Assembly (NCBI GenBank): GCA_965198175.1
Contig: OZ240245.1
Location: forward strand, 2,304,001 to 2,368,000
Reading direction: 5' to 3'
DNA length: 64,000 bases
DNA from: Candidatus Poribacteria bacterium
GTDB lineage: Bacteria; Poribacteria; WGA-4E; PCPOR2b
The number at the start of each line of letters is the position of its first letter. Position 1 is the first letter of the stretch. Positions 59,608 through 64,000 of this stretch are shown piece after piece. The position numbers and the translations under genes are program-made. The notes beneath the pieces were generated by a model. The model was not told the DNA's origin and made no database searches. It was given only the letters and a program-made list of their open reading frames with translations.

Positions 59608-62075
59608 CGTATTATTCAAAGGACACCGCTAGCAGATTTTCTGTTATTCCCAAGATGAGATTATCCAAAATCTTAACGATTATGATGCTTTGCGTGTTTT
59701 GGAAAATCCCGGGCGCTGGCGCACTAACACCCGAACAGATTGCTAACAATGCGTTAGACGCAACCGTGCTCATTACAATGATAGATGCCAGCGGCACGGT
59801 AGCGTCGCGAGGCAACGGATTCTTTGTGCAACGGAATCTCATTGTAACCAATTCCCATCTGATTCACGGGTTGACGAGAGGTGGAGCAAGAAATGTTGGT
59901 CAGGAAATAACTTACCCCATAAAGAAAATTAGCGTAGAGGATGAAAAACACCATTTGGCAATTTTACAGGTGTCGGCACCCGGAATTGAACCGCTTCCGA
60001 TTGGCGACAGTGAGTCAGTGGCGGTTGGAAATCGAATATATGTCGTAGGCAATCCATTAGGCATCCTTGAGGGCACTTTCTCTGAGGGGATTATCAGTGC
60101 GATTCAAGTAGTGGATGGAGTAAAGCTATTTCAGGTTACTGCCCCAATATCTGAGGGCAACAGCGGCGGCCCTGTGCTAAACGCCCAAGGCGAGGTTATT
60201 GCCGTTTCGCACGGAATCGTCCCGGCCGGTAAGAACCGCAATTTTGCAATTCCTTCAATCTATCTTAAATCGCTTGTCAATCAATTGGGGCAAATAATGC
60301 TTCAAAGCGGTATTGAACAATATGAAGCCACTCAATTTGAGGAAGCAATAAAATCCCTCGAGTCCGCACTACGCGTTCTTTCCGATCCGGAAGAGCGGGC
60401 TTTATCCCATCTGTACCTAGGATGTTCTAAACGAGGGTTCGGAGAACCAGATCTCAGCGTGGCTGCGGAGTTTAGAGAAGCGCTTCGCCACAATCCGAAT
60501 CAAGCGTTGCCTATTAGGATTGGAGAAGATCACCCGGTTTTTAAACTGCTGCTTGAAAAAGTTCGCTCTGAGTCAACGGGGGAATTGACAGTTACGTGCT
60601 CACTTCCCCAAACAGAAATCCGGATTGACGGGAACGATATTGACAGGAAAATTATAGGCACCGGAACCTCCACCGTCCGCCTATTTGTGGGCGACTACAC
60701 CGTGGAGGGGGTTTTTGAAGGGGTTTCCCGAAAGGAATCTTTCACTATAGTCCCTGGTGGGCATAGGATAATCTATTTGGAACTGCCGCCTATTTTAAGA
60801 CATGAACCCCCGGCTAGAGCGTCCGTCGGTGAGATTATCCCTCTTTCTTTGGATTTAATTAGTCGCGCAAAGCCACAGCAGGTTCAGATTCACTACATCA
60901 TCTACGACAGGAACGGGGACGAATTGGACCAGGGAAATCAGGAAATGCTTCTGTGGAAAGAGCAACCCACAGCCTCCACGTGGATTTACCGCTCGGATTT
61001 GCCATCGCAAACCACCGTAGGTAAAATTTCATATTTCATCATGGCTGATGAAGCTAGGTCTCCGAAGGAGCAATACCATGAAATTTATATTGTTGACGAA
61101 AATTTCCCAGAAATCGTTGTGCTAGAACCCCATGAATCCGCCGAATTCAAGGTCAACCAACCCATTTCGGTTCGAGCACGAGTAACTGATAACACCGCTG
61201 TTGATGAGGTTCGTATTCATTATGCTTTCTCGAGTTTAGGCAGTTCAAAACCTTCTGAGGCAATACCGTCTCAGCCCCTGGAGAAAGAAACTTCTGACGA
61301 CATATATGCCGGGCTAATCCCACCTCAACAGCGCGGCACTGGCTACATCCGGTATTATCTTACCGCTACTGATGAAGAAAAAAACGAGAGTAAGTCGGAT
61401 GAAAGAAGGATAGAAATTGTACATGCAGGCGGAAAACTCCTCTCTCCTAAGAAGAAAGATTCGAAAGATAACGATACCAAAAATCCATTTCACCAGGGGA
61501 TCTGGGTGAGTCATGGATGGTCAGAGAACATCCATGACAATGGCGGCCTCGTTTCACAATGGGATAGAGGTGATATACTCAGTTTCAGTTACCTGAGTGA
61601 AGGCAAAGGCTATCGGACGCTCGGCGTAAAGATAGATTTTTCATATCACATTCCCACCAATACAAGCGCGACAGTGCAGTGGTGGCCGGCAATGAGAGAA
61701 CGTACTGTTGGGTTTGCGCTATTGGGGGGAGTTGCGCGATACAGAGATGCCGACGCCGGTCGCCTTCAGTCAAGTTGGACAGGTGGAGAAACCTCAAATG
61801 AGTCCAGTCACATTACGCCGTTTCTCGGTGCTAGTTTGAAACTCTACCCGATGGATACTGTCACAGTTGACATCGCAATTTCGACTAAACTTAGGTCGGT
61901 CGACACATTCTCTAGCCGAGAATCAGATTCTATCGCGACACATCTACACCACTACGAAGTTGAAACTCGGGTTTACATTACCCCCGCGTTGAATCTGAGG
62001 CTCAGCTACGGAAAATGGTACCTAGGAGATCGTGGAAACACAACTGTACAGCTTGGGCTCGGGGTTACCTTCTGA
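59604..62075 (+). CDS. Paralogous trypsin-like/TPR/PEGA/Ig/beta-barrel protein (catalytic Asp replaced)
   Basis: TNSHL, HHLAIL, GNSGG; shares long blocks with 55865..58696; ends VQLGLGVTF. Confidence 0.8.
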   Translation: MTYYSKDTASRFSVIPKMRLSKILTIMMLCVFWKIPGAGALTPEQIANNALDATVLITMIDASGTVASRGNGFFVQRNLIVTNSHLIHGLTRGGARNVGQEITYPIKKISVEDEKHHLAILQVSAPGIEPLPIGDSESVAVGNRIYVVGNPLGILEGTFSEGIISAIQVVDGVKLFQVTAPISEGNSGGPVLNAQGEVIAVSHGIVPAGKNRNFAIPSIYLKSLVNQLGQIMLQSGIEQYEATQFEEAIKSLESALRVLSDPEERALSHLYLGCSKRGFGEPDLSVAAEFREALRHNPNQALPIRIGEDHPVFKLLLEKVRSESTGELTVTCSLPQTEIRIDGNDIDRKIIGTGTSTVRLFVGDYTVEGVFEGVSRKESFTIVPGGHRIIYLELPPILRHEPPARASVGEIIPLSLDLISRAKPQQVQIHYIIYDRNGDELDQGNQEMLLWKEQPTASTWIYRSDLPSQTTVGKISYFIMADEARSPKEQYHEIYIVDENFPEIVVLEPHESAEFKVNQPISVRARVTDNTAVDEVRIHYAFSSLGSSKPSEAIPSQPLEKETSDDIYAGLIPPQQRGTGYIRYYLTATDEEKNESKSDERRIEIVHAGGKLLSPKKKDSKDNDTKNPFHQGIWVSHGWSENIHDNGGLVSQWDRGDILSFSYLSEGKGYRTLGVKIDFSYHIPTNTSATVQWWPAMRERTVGFALLGGVARYRDADAGRLQSSWTGGETSNESSHITPFLGASLKLYPMDTVTVDIAISTKLRSVDTFSSRESDSIATHLHHYEVETRVYITPALNLRLSYGKWYLGDRGNTTVQLGLGVTF

Positions 62076-62186
62076 GCTTAAATAACTGGGAACCGTTAAC
62101 ACTGTTCTGACTGAGATGCTTTTTGAGAATGGGTATCGCCTTGGGAATCGCGCCTTTTTTCACGCACTCATAGGCTGCTTCTTGGT

Positions 62187-62933
62187 TTAGCGGAAGGTTA
62201 AGCCAACTCCAAAGGTAGTATCCGAGTGGTCGAATGAGAATGAAAAAGCCCCGTGGGCGATAACGGAGGGGGATAAGTGGAGTTCCATTCCAATTTGGGC
62301 GCCTGTGCTACCTTCATCTTCGCTTTCGTCAAAATCGCGTCGTTTGTCCGTAACCGTTGTCCAAATATGGGTGTACGATATTCCAAAGTACGGTGTCAGC
62401 TTCATACCGGATTCCGTTTCTATGCGCTTTAAGAGTCCCCCCATGCCGGCAAGCCCCAAAGCCCGTGCACTTTCACGAGTCTCCGCCCCAACAACTTCTT
62501 TGGCGAAACTAGCGCTACCCTCAATTGTGAGAAAGGTATCAAAACCCGTTTGTTGCAACGGGTTCATATACAGGATGCCTAGTCCAATCGAGGGTGATGG
62601 GGGTATTTCGACTCCAGGTCTATAATCCACAGAATCGTCGTCGACAAAACCGATACCGCCAGCGCCGTAGACCTTTGTCCCAGAATTAATTCCGAATTCG
62701 AGGACGCCGCTTATTCTCCGAGAATCTTCCATGAATTGGATGCCGAACCCGTAAGCGCTTTGATCTTTCCCCAACTTCAGAAAACTGAGTTGGCTGTGTG
62801 CAGTCGTGGGATACACCAAACCAATGAGGAATGTAGCGGCAAGCAATAGACAGAATACGGTAAACTCGTATCTTTTGACAGGAAATTGTTTTCGCACCGG
62901 ACATCGGTATTTCTTTCTAACCTTGTCTATCAT
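62187..62933 (-). CDS. Outer-membrane beta-barrel protein
   Basis: Signal peptide (TAHS-Q), LTPYFGISY, terminal FGVGLTFR. Confidence 0.7.
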   Translation of the reverse strand: MIDKVRKKYRCPVRKQFPVKRYEFTVFCLLLAATFLIGLVYPTTAHSQLSFLKLGKDQSAYGFGIQFMEDSRRISGVLEFGINSGTKVYGAGGIGFVDDDSVDYRPGVEIPPSPSIGLGILYMNPLQQTGFDTFLTIEGSASFAKEVVGAETRESARALGLAGMGGLLKRIETESGMKLTPYFGISYTHIWTTVTDKRRDFDESEDEGSTGAQIGMELHLSPSVIAHGAFSFSFDHSDTTFGVGLTFR

Positions 62934-63223
62934 AGGTTCTCCTCAAAAAAGTGATGGTTTATGATACCACAAGAAGCCCTTCCGGGCAACACTAAAACTG
63001 TGGGCGCCACTTGACGGTGGGTTTTGTCCTCGTGTATAATGGCAGCTGTACACGATCAGTCTTTTTCAAGATGGAAATCATTATAGTGGTAGAGGAAGGG
63101 CGGAAGAAATATTTCTTGTTCTTTCAATACCTACGTGTTGTTGAATATCTAAACGTCAAGGCGGGCTTGATGCCCCAAGTCATTTTCAGCTAAAAACCTT
63201 CAGGCTTTCATGAAGGGACGATT

Positions 63224-64000
63224 ATGATGAAATCGTACTCCCGTTTTTCTCAATTCCTGGTGACTCTTGTTTGCTTAAGTTCATCTTGTTATGCCCATTT
63301 TTGGGCGCCTCCCACAAGGATTCACGAATTTGTGAGGAAGTCCGACTTAGTGGTGATTGGAACTGTAGTGAAAGACCAAAGTGTAATGAATCCAGCGAAA
63401 GGCGATGGAGATATCTCGAAGTTATTCATTGGGGCTTTATTTACGGTTCGCGTTGATAAAGTTCTTTATGGAAGGGCGGAAATTACACAATCCATTTTCG
63501 CCACAAGCGATCTTCAGCGCATTAACTCGACCTTAAAGCGAAATCCAAGGAAAAAGTCTTTAAATATTTATGCCTTTCACCAGAGTGAGCTGGCATGGGG
63601 CTTAGGCATGCCAACATACCGCGAGAATCGACCACAACTTTTCTTTTTCAAGGTCTCAAAGTTCCCAACCAATTTTCCGAGTAATACCTTGATTTATGAT
63701 GGTAGTCAGGAGTATGAACGTGAGTCCCAAATACCAACCGTTGCGAGCTTAAAGGAAAAGTTCTATTTTGAAGCGACTTCTGGAACCGTAGATAGCACAT
63801 GGGATCTGACGAACAAAAAAGAAAAAGAATGGGTTCCCATTGTTGAAGCCCTTGGTGAAGTGATGTCGGTTCCGGATCTCACTCAACGTGAGCAAAAGCT
63901 TCGCGAACTACTCAACCATGACGATGTACTGCTCGCCAGTAATGCTGAGGCAGCATTAGGGGAAATCAAAAACGTTAGCGATGCAAAGAAAACGCAGGTC
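63224..64000 (+). CDS. Secreted hypothetical protein (runs off window end)
   Basis: Manual translation MMKSYSRFSQFLVTLVCLSSSCYA-HFWAPP...SDLVVIGTV...HDDVLLASNAEAALG is open to 64000; TTGACG-18-TATAAT at 63011-63040 upstream. Confidence 0.7.
   Translation, partial: MMKSYSRFSQFLVTLVCLSSSCYAHFWAPPTRIHEFVRKSDLVVIGTVVKDQSVMNPAKGDGDISKLFIGALFTVRVDKVLYGRAEITQSIFATSDLQRINSTLKRNPRKKSLNIYAFHQSELAWGLGMPTYRENRPQLFFFKVSKFPTNFPSNTLIYDGSQEYERESQIPTVASLKEKFYFEATSGTVDSTWDLTNKKEKEWVPIVEALGEVMSVPDLTQREQKLRELLNHDDVLLASNAEAALGEIKNVSDAKKTQV

Noticed and set aside
538..63456. Numerous short ORF-track ORFs overlapping or antisense to the called genes
   Set aside because: No motifs or RBS; shadow ORFs of real genes

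Overview
A 64-kb bacterial chromosome segment from a diderm (lptF/lptG, several C-terminal-Phe beta-barrel proteins). The TPR, CRTAC1/ASPIC-UnbV and PhyH content and the 'FGDIECT' secreted protein suggest Candidatus Poribacteria or a relative (inference only). Housekeeping and metabolic genes include dnaE, an endonuclease III-like glycosylase, gdh, aroA, dacB, bdhA and a beta-oxidation/CoA-transferase cluster. Accessory parts include an ECF sigma pseudogene followed by an island of orphan genes with a repeated hairpin, a defective IS5-family element, a dapA-like/RuBisCO-like/oxidoreductase locus with a clear promoter and operator, a STAND adenylate cyclase, a MITE carrying inverted GTAG REPs, and two trypsin-PEGA-beta-barrel surface proteins. 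The most notable signal is that the two ORFs 20023..20829 and 20875..21543 form one in-frame gene. It matches animal Selenoprotein N (SELENON) across the conserved WGALDD(Q/E)SC-U motif, has TGA exactly at the Sec position, and is followed by an E. coli fdhF-like SECIS hairpin (AGGGCG-GGUC-CGCCCU). This points to a probable 506-aa bacterial selenoprotein N. No rRNA, tRNA or CRISPR array was recognised. All homologies were recognised by eye, without database searches.
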